Below are positions 53,103-64,000 of a stretch of 64,000 nt of DNA, piece by piece. The stretch's first letter is position 1; each line of letters begins with the position of its first letter. Below the pieces are notes generated by a model that saw only the letters and a list, made by a program, of their open reading frames with translations, did no database searches and was not told where the DNA came from. The stretch spans positions 336,225-400,224 of the forward strand of contig OW569388.1 in assembly GCA_937625935.1 (NCBI GenBank), in the 5' to 3' direction. Position numbers and translations under genes: made by a program. Origin of the DNA: Tetramitus jugosus. Lineage: Eukaryota > Protista > Heterolobosea.

Positions 53103-55790
53103 ATGAAATTTTTGATACCGACTCGTTTTCCCATTTGTTCCATACTCACTATCAGTCTCCTTGTGTTTGTGAGTCTTCCTCTTCTCTATTGTTTTTTGAG
53201 AGTGGAGATTGACCCGAAAAAAATTCTTGAAGTTCAAAACTCTCTGCTTCAATCTCGGATTGAGCGAATGGATGAGCTGTTTCCTGAAACCAAGTCAATT
53301 ACAGCTATTCCTGTCATTGTTGTTCCAAGAAACAAATCCGAGCTATTAGATAACAATATTTTGAGTAAACAAGTTCTAACAGAGTTTTCTCAGTTGAGGA
53401 AGAGAATTGCACAACTGGAAGCAGTTTCAAGTGTGACTCAAAGAGTTGTTGCGTTGAATGACATTTGTTACAAGTTGGGAGCGAGTTCTGCAGCTAATAA
53501 TGAAGATTTTGGAGCCTGTTACAGTCCAAGTGTGATGGCATATTGGAAAGACAATGCTACTCGATTATGGAATGACAAGGATCATCTAAAAACCATGTCT
53601 TACAAACTCAAGACTTCTATTGGTGGCTCTATTGATCCGTCTGATCTTATTGGAGGAATATCTTGGAATTCTGTGCACTCAAGAATTGAAATGGCACAAG
53701 CATTGAGCTTCTCAATTACATTTGCCACTAACGATACAGACATGTTTTCAACATGGGAGAGTCAATTTATACACTTTACTTCTAATATCAATCAGAACGA
53801 GACATATTCATTCAGAGTGCTAATTCAGAGCGATTCAATGTTGGAAAAAGAGATTGAACGTACATTTTACAAGATTGGACCTCTATTCGTTGTCGGAGTG
53901 ATTATCAGTTCTGTTATTGTTTTCACTTCATTCATTCTTATGAGAAGCTCAAAGACTGATTCGATAGTGATAAGATTGTTGATTGCATGCTTTGGAATTT
54001 ACTTGGTCATTGGTTCTATTAGTTGTTCAATTGTCATATGTCAGTTAGTATTCGGATATTCAATGACACCACTATCTGCCCAAGCACTGCCGTTATTTTT
54101 AGTGGGTATTGGTGTTGATGGGTTGTTCATTTATCAATCTTATTGGAATACTTACAAGGAGAAGAAAAGATTGAATCGAACAACAAATGAAGAGAATAGT
54201 GAAGCTCAACTTGTTGAACACTTTATTCAACCAGTTGCATCGGCATCTGCATTATCTACTCTATTAATCATATCCACTTTAATTCTGATTATTGTACTCA
54301 TGAATCGATCATCTACCATGATGACAAGAGCACTCACTTTTCAAACATTGCTGTCAATCATTCTAAACTCAATATTTCTATTGTATGCTTTTTCTAGTTC
54401 ATTGCTACTAGAAACACGGTACAATGACCGAAAAAGAGTTCGATTGGATGCGGATGAACAACAATTAGGAGACGACAGAGAGAATGGTAAAAGTGAAGAA
54501 TATAGATCTCAAACCGGAGCAATCTACGAACGGATTTGTAATTATCAGTATAGAATGGCCAAGAACAAGTATTGCATAGTAACAATATTAACTCTATTAG
54601 TAGTTGCACTTGTCGCAAGCGTTTTAGTTTTGGTCATTGTTCCTCAAAGACCATTCGAAATCACTGACTTTTATTCAAAACGATCACAACTAACAGAAGC
54701 TTTTACGACTTATAATGAATTGTTTGGAGGATTTAAGATGCCTGGTTTCATTGTCTTATCGTCAACTAATAGTTCAACAATTGATTTTACATCACCAGAT
54801 ATTCATTCAATGCTCGATGGCCTTTCAGAAACACGCGAAAATGAGGATAGAACAGAATCGATTTTACCATTCGTTTATTCCAATTCGTTAGTGAATTGGT
54901 TCAGCATTTTTAGATCTTGGATTTTCTTCTTGAGTGATCATTCTTCTGAATACATTCAAAATCAATATCAAGTTCCAAGTCAAAAATTTAATCAATGGTT
55001 GGGAGAGTTTTGTTCAAGTAGTATTGGAAATTCAGTGAAACAACTAGTACTTCGAGATAGCGAGCATGATGGAAGGGTAACATTCTCAAGGTTGATGTTC
55101 TTCAATCATAAAATCTTGAATTCCAATGATGCTGTCAAAACAAAGAAGATGAATTTGAAATTCGAACAAAGCATTGTGAAGCAACATCCAAGTATTACGC
55201 AGGATAACTTTTTCGTTATTAATACTTTTGATTCCTTATTTGAATCATTTGTCACGTTTAATACTGATATATTGTGGTTACTTGGAGTTTCTATTGTTTG
55301 TATCACGATCATATCCTTGATTGTGATCATTTTCAGTGTTGATAAACGAGATTCTGAGGAGAAGAATAAGTACTGGGTGAAAACGATTACTCTAGCATTA
55401 TTGAATCCATTTCTGGTCCTAGTGAATACTGTTGAGTTACTGGCATTCACAAGATTACTCCGTATCCCTACTAATTCTCTCTCAATTATGAATCTTATGC
55501 TGCTCATTGGACTATTCTCAGAGTTTCATACTCATTACTTGAAGTCATTCATTTACTCTGGAATGAATGTTAAGAAATCAAGTAACATGATATTGTTTCC
55601 ATTGTTTGTGAGTAGTGTATCAACAACTCTGAGCATCATGCCACTTGGTTTCCATGAGATTATTCTAGTGAGATCCTACTTTTTCCAAATGATTGCTGTG
55701 GGTCAATTCATTCTTCTCGTGAACACCTTCATACTATTTCCTGTTTTATTACAACTTTATTCCTCAGATCAAACAAAAGCCGATGAATAA
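53103..55790 (+). CDS. Patched/NPC1-like sterol-sensing-domain RND membrane protein
   Basis: LNDICY, PLFLVGIGVDGLFI (SSD GxxxD), NLMLLIGLFSEFHTH, ~12 TM helices. Confidence 0.85.
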   Translation: MKFLIPTRFPICSILTISLLVFVSLPLLYCFLRVEIDPKKILEVQNSLLQSRIERMDELFPETKSITAIPVIVVPRNKSELLDNNILSKQVLTEFSQLRKRIAQLEAVSSVTQRVVALNDICYKLGASSAANNEDFGACYSPSVMAYWKDNATRLWNDKDHLKTMSYKLKTSIGGSIDPSDLIGGISWNSVHSRIEMAQALSFSITFATNDTDMFSTWESQFIHFTSNINQNETYSFRVLIQSDSMLEKEIERTFYKIGPLFVVGVIISSVIVFTSFILMRSSKTDSIVIRLLIACFGIYLVIGSISCSIVICQLVFGYSMTPLSAQALPLFLVGIGVDGLFIYQSYWNTYKEKKRLNRTTNEENSEAQLVEHFIQPVASASALSTLLIISTLILIIVLMNRSSTMMTRALTFQTLLSIILNSIFLLYAFSSSLLLETRYNDRKRVRLDADEQQLGDDRENGKSEEYRSQTGAIYERICNYQYRMAKNKYCIVTILTLLVVALVASVLVLVIVPQRPFEITDFYSKRSQLTEAFTTYNELFGGFKMPGFIVLSSTNSSTIDFTSPDIHSMLDGLSETRENEDRTESILPFVYSNSLVNWFSIFRSWIFFLSDHSSEYIQNQYQVPSQKFNQWLGEFCSSSIGNSVKQLVLRDSEHDGRVTFSRLMFFNHKILNSNDAVKTKKMNLKFEQSIVKQHPSITQDNFFVINTFDSLFESFVTFNTDILWLLGVSIVCITIISLIVIIFSVDKRDSEEKNKYWVKTITLALLNPFLVLVNTVELLAFTRLLRIPTNSLSIMNLMLLIGLFSEFHTHYLKSFIYSGMNVKKSSNMILFPLFVSSVSTTLSIMPLGFHEIILVRSYFFQMIAVGQFILLVNTFILFPVLLQLYSSDQTKADE

Positions 55791-56037
55791 AACAAATCCG
55801 TACTTGCACCGCAGTCACATTCTTTTGAAATGAGAAGGTTTACGAATGGAGTTTTTGATAGCGTTTCTGACAATGCAGTGTTCAGCTTGTCCGGCCGAGA
55901 CCCTAGCTACAGACCTTACAGCTGTTTGCAGGCCTAACCCAAGTATGAGGCACTATTTCTAAAGAAATTTTTGCCAATCAACCAGCTACTACAATCAGAA
56001 CAATATTTATTTACTCATTGTCAAGCCTTTGAGTTCT

Positions 56038-56751
56038 TTAATTTCCTTCAGCACACCACATAAAGTATGCTTTGTGATACAATTTCAATTCCTTTGAATT
56101 GTTCAGATTGATTTGATTTGAAATGGTGGGATAAGTAAGCACAAGACGGCTAACCTCGGTTTCATCCTTAATAATTACGTAAGCGTCTAGTTTCGTTTCT
56201 CTCTCGTAATTATCACACTTTCCCTGTCTACAGCATCTTTCAGAAATGTTTGCAAATTGTTTCCTGGTGACTAAATCATCCACAAGTACATCATCCACAA
56301 AGGCCTGTACATAAAACACCTCCTTTGATCTCTTCTTTTCTGGTTGTATAGCCTGATCTTCATCTTCATCTTCCACTTCATTTCTTCTTCTCTTTAGTTC
56401 CCTTTTATATTTTAATATCTCCTTACTCAAACTCTTGATTCTCATCTGTGAGGATTGTTCATTCAAGTAGTTAGAAATGGTTCCAGCATTCTCTAAAAAC
56501 TGAATAGTTGGTGGCAATAGTGAGGTTGAGTCACTTGGATTTGTTATGAGCATTGGTTCACGAACAGAAGCACCTTTTCTAATCGATTCTAAAATCTCAA
56601 GGCAACTTATATCATCTTCTTGAGACAACAGCTCAACTTCCCTCAGAATAAGCTTCTTGATTGTAGCAGGGTGTTTTTGTCTGAGCAATTGGAACAATTC
56701 TGAAGTGAGATCTTGTGATGGAGATACGGAATTTTCTGTTTCGGTACTCAT
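56038..56751 (-). CDS. Hypothetical protein
   Basis: 237-aa ATG-initiated ORF with a coiled-coil/NLS-like middle; no recognised domain. Confidence 0.5.
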   Translation of the reverse strand: MSTETENSVSPSQDLTSELFQLLRQKHPATIKKLILREVELLSQEDDISCLEILESIRKGASVREPMLITNPSDSTSLLPPTIQFLENAGTISNYLNEQSSQMRIKSLSKEILKYKRELKRRRNEVEDEDEDQAIQPEKKRSKEVFYVQAFVDDVLVDDLVTRKQFANISERCCRQGKCDNYERETKLDAYVIIKDETEVSRLVLTYPTISNQINLNNSKELKLYHKAYFMWCAEGN

Positions 56752-57149
56752 TTACTTGGTCTTGATTATTGTGTGGTTTTGTTTGAATTGTTTTATGAAG
56801 TGCCATCTCGATTTTTGTTTTCATCTTTAAAGTGTTGAGGGAACACCGTGACGTCATCGATGGAGGAGGACATAAAAAAGTTCCTTCGACGTCAACGTCA
56901 ACGTTATTGATAAGTAGGTGTAAAAGAGGATTCCTGCAAAGTCGAAAACCATCAGGTTGTCGTTGACGACAGCGATGAACCTAGGTGTGCGTCACATCAT
57001 CGATGCTGACGTCGACGCCCCTCGTGCATGTCGGTCCGGCGGGTCCAACAAAACAATGTCTACATATTGACCACTGGCCTTGACCAAGTCAAGAGGGAGC
57101 TACGACAGTGGAACGGATTGCCTGTGAAACCTGGGACATCGAATCAATC

Positions 57150-57670
57150 TTGCAGTGTAACGATGGTATGGTGTACCTAATTGTTCTGCCGTCATTTGCT
57201 ATGGTTCAAATTCTTCTTCTGGGATATGTTCGGATCATGGATCTTGTCAATCACCTAATAATTGTTCATGTGACAGTGGTCATGTAGGCCCAAATTGCTC
57301 CATGATTTTCCGTACCTGTACAAACAGAGATCGAAAAAGAGAAAGGATGATGAACTCCAGGCAAAGTTGCATTGTCAGAGATTGATGACGATGAAAGATC
57401 CCAAGAATTGAGTACGATACAGATAGGTGTTGACGAATTAACATTCTCTTCAAAGGTTAGTGAAAGAGCAGGTGGAACAGTGTACGAGGGGTTATGGTAT
57501 AATAGAACTGTGGATTGAAGTTTGGAGGAGAAGAACCCTTTTTCAGAGAAGTGTCTGTTTTGGATTGTTTGAGATATCCCAATGGCATCGCGCCCTATGG
57601 TTACAGTATTGATCACAGTGACAGCAAGTTCATTGCTACAGAATTTGCTGAAAATGGAAATTATTATAGC
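57150..57670 (+). pseudogene. EGF-repeat receptor kinase (TKL-type) pseudogene
   Basis: CSDHGSCQSPNNCSCDSGHVGPNC, YKQRSKKRK, ELTFSSKVSERAGGTVYEGLW, FFREVSVLDCLRYPN..FIATEFAENG, broken by stops and frameshifts. Confidence 0.75.
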
Positions 57671-57907
57671 CGATGCGTTGTACAGTAACAACCTAAGAAA
57701 GTGTGGAACAAGATGACTGTGACAGAAAACTCGTTTCACACTTCTTTTTCAAGGGTGATCAGCTTAAGCAAGCTTTCTGGCAAGGAGATTAGTCAAGTCA
57801 AATTCTTCTGTTTTTTGACAAGTTAGGATCCCACACACAATCGAAATCTCAATAAGTGCGATGAATCAGCACGAAGAAAAGCAAAGCAAGCTCGAATCAA
57901 AAAACAA

Positions 57908-58495
57908 ATGAAGATAGAAATCGTTTTGTTGTTGATTACAGTGGTCACTGTTTTTGCTCAGAGACCTCCTCCAACTCCTGTTCTCCCAGATCAATGGTGT
58001 GCATTCTTTGAATTCAGTTGTCAACCGATCTCATGTGGTGGAAAGGGTTACATCCAGTATGATTACATTAGTAACAGAACATTCTACCAGTTTTTCTCCC
58101 CTTCAAGTGGAGTTTTAAGGTACAGTTTATCATTGTATGATGAGAAGACTCTCTACGTTTTCAATAGTGATGGTTGTGAGAAAAAGGCATTAAAGTCGCA
58201 GCCAAGTCCAACTTTCCTTCAAGATGCTTTCTATGAGGAGACTTCTGGAAAATTGATTACGTACAGTGCATTGGCACCATGGCCAGAGTTCTGGTTTGAT
58301 CAAAATGAGAGACATAGATGGGTGGTCAAGGTACTTGATAACACAACTATGGCAAGTGAACCATTTAGTTATGCATATATTGGACCAATTTCCATTGAAT
58401 CTAGAGATTACATTAATATGATCTTCACTGACTTCTTGAACGGTCCATCAAGCTTGAATCCTTCCTACTGGAAGGTACCTGATATTTGTAAGTAA
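57908..58495 (+). CDS. Secreted ependymin-related (EPDR-like) protein
   Basis: Signal peptide; PxLPxQW, GYIQYDY..NR, C-terminal VPDIC. Confidence 0.65.
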   Translation: MKIEIVLLLITVVTVFAQRPPPTPVLPDQWCAFFEFSCQPISCGGKGYIQYDYISNRTFYQFFSPSSGVLRYSLSLYDEKTLYVFNSDGCEKKALKSQPSPTFLQDAFYEETSGKLITYSALAPWPEFWFDQNERHRWVVKVLDNTTMASEPFSYAYIGPISIESRDYINMIFTDFLNGPSSLNPSYWKVPDICK

Positions 58496-59123
58496 AGAAT
58501 CTCTTACGTCATGGAACCTTGTTGCACCAACTTGAGTTTTGTTTGTGCACATTTTCCATACTTCTCGGTGAGACTTTTTCCCGTATTATGGAATTCGTTT
58601 GTTGTTGTGAATAATGCAATCCTCTCGGCACCCGTAGTCGATGATGGTCTGATCCAAAGGATGCAATGGAAAGTCGCGTCGTACTTATTGAATCAACCAG
58701 AAAGTGAGTGATTCAGCAGATGTTGTTGTGACACGTGTGGAGTCTTCTTTCACAGAAAGAACTCTGAATTATTGGAACACTCTCAAACGTTTCAACACTT
58801 CTTCAAACATGGATCACGAGTATTCAGCGAGTCGGAGATTATGGCACAGTTTCAACCAAGTTGAACGATTGGAATTGTAAACGAATTCAAATCAGCGTTG
58901 AATTTACTTCCAGAGAAACATTCTGACATTTGTTATCTGTTGCATTGTGGTATCTTCAGAGGAACGCATCAAGATCAAACGAATTGACCATCTTGTAAGA
59001 GTTTTTGAACCAATTATCACAAAAAGTACTTAAATAGTATGGAATCGTGTCAGATAGGAACAAAAGCTATATTGAATCATTGAGTAGCTATTCAAAAATT
59101 CTCCAAGCCGACAGTCAAATTGT

Positions 59124-59335
59124 ATGAGTCTACAGCATATTCTCTGCATGGAGGAGAATGACAAAGCAATATCAGATTTCACAAAGGCAATCGAAATCCT
59201 GCTGATGAACGTGCGTACTAAAACAGAGGTTACTCATACAATGAGCTCAAACAGCAGAAGAATGCGATATCAAACTTCACCAAGACAATCGAAATCAATT
59301 CGGTTCATGAAAATACCTACAATGACTGAGGCTTC
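59124..59335 (+). pseudogene. TPR-repeat gene fragment
   Basis: KAISDFTKAIEI, then in a shifted frame AY*NRGYSY..AISNFTKTIEIN. Confidence 0.65.
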
Positions 59336-60988
59336 CCACTATAAATCACCATTTAATCGGATTTTGCTCCAATTGCTTGCTGAATTTCCTCAAACAACTT
59401 CCTTTCTTCATATTCGATTGACTGAGCAATAAGAGGGATGTTGTATTCAATGACTATCTTCAAGAGTTGGACAGCTTCTTCATACAAGCTCTACATCACA
59501 CAAAGATCTCATCTGTTGAATTTCATTTTCTAGTTTCTTGACCTTGTCCTCGATGATCTTTCTTTTGTTTTTGAAGTAGTCATCGATCCACTTTAAAACC
59601 TGGGTTACTTTCATTTCTTTATTCTTTGTGCTCTTGTCAGCCATCATACATCGTGTGACGCATGCATACACATCACTCCTCTTCTGGGACCTGATAAACA
59701 CTTTTTACTCATCAGACGAAGTGGATTGATCATCAAAATCGAGCTTCTTGGCAACAGATTCGACATTTTCCTCTTTTAGTCGCTGTATCTCGAGTCTAAT
59801 TGCATTTAACCCAGAGATGAACACAGGAAACATTGTAGTACTTTCTCTTTCTACTTAATTCTTCTTTGCTGCCTTGATTTTTCTAATTATCTAACACTCT
59901 AATTATACGTCTTATGCTTTGAAAAACAAACATGCCTGAGGGTGAGTACTTTTAAATCAAACAACGCCTTGAAATAGTAAATTGGTACGAAAACAGATGA
60001 AACTCATTAAACTACAGTTTGTTCACTCTCTTCGCTTATAGGCTCTAACATGACACAAATCGTTGTTCCTCTTGATTGCAGGAACATTCATCTTCAACTG
60101 CTTGAAAGCCATCAAAGAATTCATAAAGAATTCTACCCACTTGTCGTACCACTGTCCAAAAAGTCAGTAACATTGTTAAGAACTCTAATAAACATAATGT
60201 CACGCCTTGAAATTCAAGGCATTGGATGATCCTTCTTTGTAATATGGAGATAACTTTTAAAACTATTTTTCTGGTGGATATTTTAAGCCTAAATCTCTCT
60301 GATGAGGTTTTTTCTGGAGGAACTTTTGTTGTTGTCCTTTTTGAGGAACAAAAAACCACCTCTCTATGTCAAGAATTAGTCTGGCTCAATCTCAAGAGTC
60401 CTCCCAAACTTTAGGGTCATCCTCTGTCTCCACTTCAACCCTGAATCACCAGATGTTGGAAGCAAAAGCCATCATGTTCAACCAAGAAACTCGAATCAAG
60501 GAACTAGAAGATCAAGTGGCCAAGTTGAAAAACTCCAAACCAAGACACCTTGTAAATCAAACCAAAGACCAAAGAGAGGCTCAATTGGTTGGTAAAGGCT
60601 CTCCAGAGTTCTGAGATACTTGTCTTGAAGGAAGTGACTGATATCGGTGATTTAATGCCAATATCCGATCAGGAGTTCACCCACACAGACGTCCTGAACT
60701 GAAGCCTTTCACCTCAGTTCCTCTATTTCTCTTTTATGCTTTGTTAAATAGATTCAGAATATTTTGTAATAAATTTTTATGAATAAAAAAATTCGATGAA
60801 TGGATTCCATTTTACTAAAGAATTTATATATTTTTTATTGGTGATGTTTTTAATCATGGCAATGAGCAATAAAAACAGTAAGTCAGGATCCATGCTGGAA
60901 TGAGAAAGTATGTCGATATCTCCCTCTCATACTACGGGTGCTTGAGATAATAATATCGATGGAGAAAGAAGGCCGCAAAAGATTTCAC

Positions 60989-61038
60989 ACACAGCACCGG
61001 GAAACGAACCCGGGTCGCCAGAGTGACAGTCTGGAATG
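60989..61038 (-). pseudogene. tRNA-Asp(GTC) 3' two-thirds; no recognisable 5' acceptor strand or D arm
   Basis: CCAGA-CT-GTC-AC-TCTGG anticodon arm, CGAC, CCGGG-TTCGTTT-CCCGG T arm, TGCTGTG, followed by TTTT. Confidence 0.7.
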
Positions 61039-61862
61039 AAACGTGAGTCTCGGACTCCAGAGAAGCGGCAACCAACACTGGTGCTAACCTCGCTCACCTA
61101 AGTCGGGTGCTGACTTGTCAAAAAAAGGTCGGAGATTATGGTGGTCTCAACGAAAGAACAATTTTATCACACACAAAAACAAATCAACAACAAAACAACA
61201 ACAATCGATAATCAATCAAAAAAACCATCATCAACAACAAACATAACTATCATGATAAATATAGATTGGAGTTGTTGTTGTTGCAGGCGTTATCCACACA
61301 TTGTTCTTTGTTAGAGAGAACTTTTGCGAGATACTCTTTGCATGAATGGAGGCTCAATTTGTGCGAGATGAGGACGAGTGGTCACATAGATCACATCAGC
61401 TATTTTGAATGCTAAGCTCTGCATCTTCAGAAGATGATATTGATGATGACGTCAAAGATTTAGTTTTTTTCTGTTTTGTTGTTGTGGTTGTGTTCTTGAT
61501 TCATGGATCCAGTTCTGCACCCCACCGTCGTTGAACATGTCCGATCAGAGAGAGTGCTCCTTGAAGGCTGCCAACTCTGCATTAGAAAGAATTCAGTCTT
61601 CACGCGATGCGAACCGAGAATCATGAAAAACGGAGATTCTCTTCGATTCCTCGCACCATTTCTTGTAAAGAAATACAACTTCGTACTGTAGGACGACAAG
61701 ATATTTACGGTAAAGGTTTTGTGATGAAAATAGTTGTTTGAGATCAAATCGATGTGATCACACAGTAGTTTTTCGATCTGGATTATCAAACAAAACCACC
61801 GCCCTCCAATTGGAGGAACAAACTATGGTTAATATACTTTCCTTCGTTCAATTATCGTACAT

Positions 61863-62462
61863 ATGGAACTCTATTGGAAGGAGTATAGAAGGCGTTCCAA
61901 GAGTAGTTGCAACAACCAAGAGAGAATTCCTTCATCCGTCGCAACAGAAGCTTTAAGTAGCCAAGAACCTATTGATTCACTAATTCCTCCCACCAATTGG
62001 CAGGAGATGTACACCGAAACTTGCCAAAATGAATCAATGGAGTCTCAATTAGCACACTTCAAGAAAAGAACACAAGCTCTGGAACAATTTATCACTCAAG
62101 GAGTACATATGACGAGGGAAATGACCAAGAACTACAAGCAACTGAACAACACTGAGATTGTCAATGAAGAAGTGAAAGGCTTTACGTTGAACAAAAAACT
62201 TTATGAAATAAGTGACAAAGAATACACAACCTTGATGAAGGGAGTCCAACCTATCGTTTTGCTAAGAATTGTGGTGAAACATGTGGCACAAGACCTCCTT
62301 CCGTTACTAAATACAAAGGGTTATTGTTTGCCTGGGACAAAGATAAAGAACAATCCTAGAGAGAAATTGGATGAGAGAACGGTTAAGTTGTTGACAATGG
62401 ACACGAAAGCGTTCATTCCACATTTCCGTGGTCAACCTAAAATTTCTGGAAGTCCCAATTGA
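61863..62462 (+). pseudogene. Relic homologue of the CACTA accessory ORF at 8071-9412
   Basis: GFTLNKKLY..QPIVLL..VAQD..Y.LPG..R.KLD..V aligns with GFKFNNKFY..QPNVVL..VASD..Y.RPG..R.RLD..V. Confidence 0.65.
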
Positions 62463-63043
62463 CATCAAAGCCAAGAATATCATTGCTGCAGTTGGACCAG
62501 GTAGCATACCAGTAGTAATAGATGGTGAACCAGGCAGAGGTGCATTCACAGACGTAATAGAGAGAGGACCAGGTAGAGATGCAGGGACAGAAGGACGTGT
62601 TCCAGTGACAACAGAACCAGGTAGAGTGCTACTGCCAATGGGCTGTGATCCAGATGATTCCTGTACTGAATTCAACAGTAGAATCCTCCAAAGGATCAAC
62701 ATCATCATTCAAATAATCATCATCATTGTACACTGGTTCTGATGGAGGTTCTAGATCTGGAGCCACTTCTGTGAACTTGTCATCTCCATAAAAGAATGGC
62801 TTCATGTCACTGGTAGAGATGTAGTAAGATGTTGTGGTGTGTGGCTTCTCACTCTTAGCAAAACCTCCAGTTTCCATCCATGCTACCGTCCACTTGTCCA
62901 ACAGCTTACCATGAACAATTTGTTGAGTCACAAGCTTTGCCTTTCTGCCCCAGACAAATCTCTCAGTACTTCTGTACTTCTTAGGTACTCTGATCAGAAC
63001 AGATGCATCTCTATGATACTTTGCAACTCTCTTACCACTAATC

Positions 63044-63066
63044 TTAGGGTTGGGTTTGGGTTTGGG
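63044..63066 (+). repeat. Short internal telomere-like tract with variant units
   Basis: TTAGGG TTGGG TTTGGG TTTGGGG, ~150 bp proximal to the terminal array. Confidence 0.75.
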
Positions 63067-63217
63067 GATACATCCTGGATTCCCCAACCTAAGGAAACGA
63101 TTTCCTTATATGGTAATTTTTTTTTTGAGATTTTTTATTGCTCTAAGAGCTTCAGCTGGTTGAGACGAAGAGATTGGCATTGTTTTCAACTCGATTTGAG
63201 CTTTATCGGCTCGTAGA

Positions 63218-64000
63218 GGGTTGGGGTTTGGGTTTGGGTTTGGGTTTGGGTTTGGGTTTGGGTTTGGGTTTGGGTTTGGGTTTGGGTTTGGGTTTGGGTT
63301 TGGGTTTGGGTTTGGGTTTGGGTTTGGGTTTGGGTTTGGGTTTGGGTTTGGGTTTGGGTTTGGGTTTGGGTTTGGGTTTGGGTTTGGGTTTGGGTTTGGG
63401 TTTGGGTTTGGGTTTGGGTTTGGGTTTGGGTTTGGGTTTGGGTTTGGGTTTGGGTTTGGGTTTGGGTTTGGGTTTGGGTTTGGGTTTGGGTTTGGGTTTG
63501 GGTTTGGGTTTGGGTTTGGGTTTGGGTTTGGGTTTGGGTTTGGGTTTGGGTTTGGGTTTGGGTTTGGGTTTGGGTTTGGGTTTGGGTTTGGGTTTGGGTT
63601 TGGGTTTGGGTTTGGGTTTGGGTTTGGGTTTGGGTTTGGGTTTGGGTTTGGGTTTGGGTTTGGGTTTGGGTTTGGGTTTGGGTTTGGGTTTGGGTTTGGG
63701 TTTGGGTTTGGGTTTGGGTTTGGGTTTGGGTTTGGGTTTGGGTTTGGGTTTGGGTTTGGGTTTGGGTTTGGGTTTGGGTTTGGGTTTGGGTTTGGGTTTG
63801 GGTTTGGGTTTGGGTTTGGGTTTGGGTTTGGGTTTGGGTTTGGGTTTGGGTTTGGGTTTGGGTTTGGGTTTGGGTTTGGGTTTGGGTTTGGGTTTGGGTT
63901 TGGGTTTGGGTTTGGGTTTGGGTTTGGGTTTGGGTTTGGGTTTGGGTTTGGGTTTGGGTTTGGGTTTGGGTTTGGGTTTGGGTTTGGGTTTGGGTTTGGG
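63218..64000 (+). repeat. Telomere, (TTTGGG)n
   Basis: About 130 near-perfect GGGTTT units with the G-rich strand running to the window end; one TTGGGG variant at the junction. Confidence 0.97.

Noticed and set aside
59480-60700. Short coiled-coil ORFs 59480..59701 and 60366..60614
   Set aside because: No recognisable domain; probably subtelomeric debris that cannot be called.
60901-60945. Possible 5' half of a permuted tRNA-Asp (GCACCCG-TA-GTAT..ATAT) downstream of the 3' half
   Set aside because: Its would-be acceptor strand does not pair with TGCTGTG, and a TTTT terminator lies in between.
1-64000. CRISPR arrays, rRNA genes, prokaryotic operons or terminators
   Set aside because: No regularly spaced repeat-spacer structure or rRNA-like sequence; introns, a poly(A) retroelement and the telomere show the DNA is eukaryotic.

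Overview
Eukaryotic (protist-like, standard genetic code, few short GT-AG introns) chromosome end: the last ~780 bp are a (GGGTTT)n telomere. The gene repertoire (RCC1+EGF, F-box+Ras-like, RWP-RK, EGF receptor kinase) resembles Naegleria-type protists, but that is inference. Layout: (i) 1-1375, an Apollo/SNM1B nuclease gene; (ii) an intron-containing tRNA-Thr(CGT) and, starting ~40-55 bp upstream of it, a 12.4-kb stack of three nested L1-type non-LTR retrotransposons whose target-site duplications all map to the same short window in front of the tRNA. This matches the Dictyostelium TRE5 pattern. One copy is interrupted by a CACTA/EnSpm-type DNA transposon and two copies enclose host gene fragments; (iii) 14-25 kb, ordinary genes plus a degenerate UBA-PARP-like gene and a VIT-vWA-TPR-DUF2135 gene with an internal WASP-like polyproline/central-acidic module; (iv) 25.4-41.9 kb, four tandem PARP14-like mono-ADP-ribosyltransferases showing stepwise domain loss and mosaicism, flanked by a PIN nuclease and a stand-alone macrodomain gene; (v) 42-56 kb, CLC channel, RWP-RK, SpoU methyltransferase, a bacterial-type HNH protein, a GPI-anchored surface protein and an NPC1/Patched-like protein; (vi) 56-63 kb, a pseudogene-rich subtelomere. 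All domain calls come from reading motifs by eye; no database searches were run.
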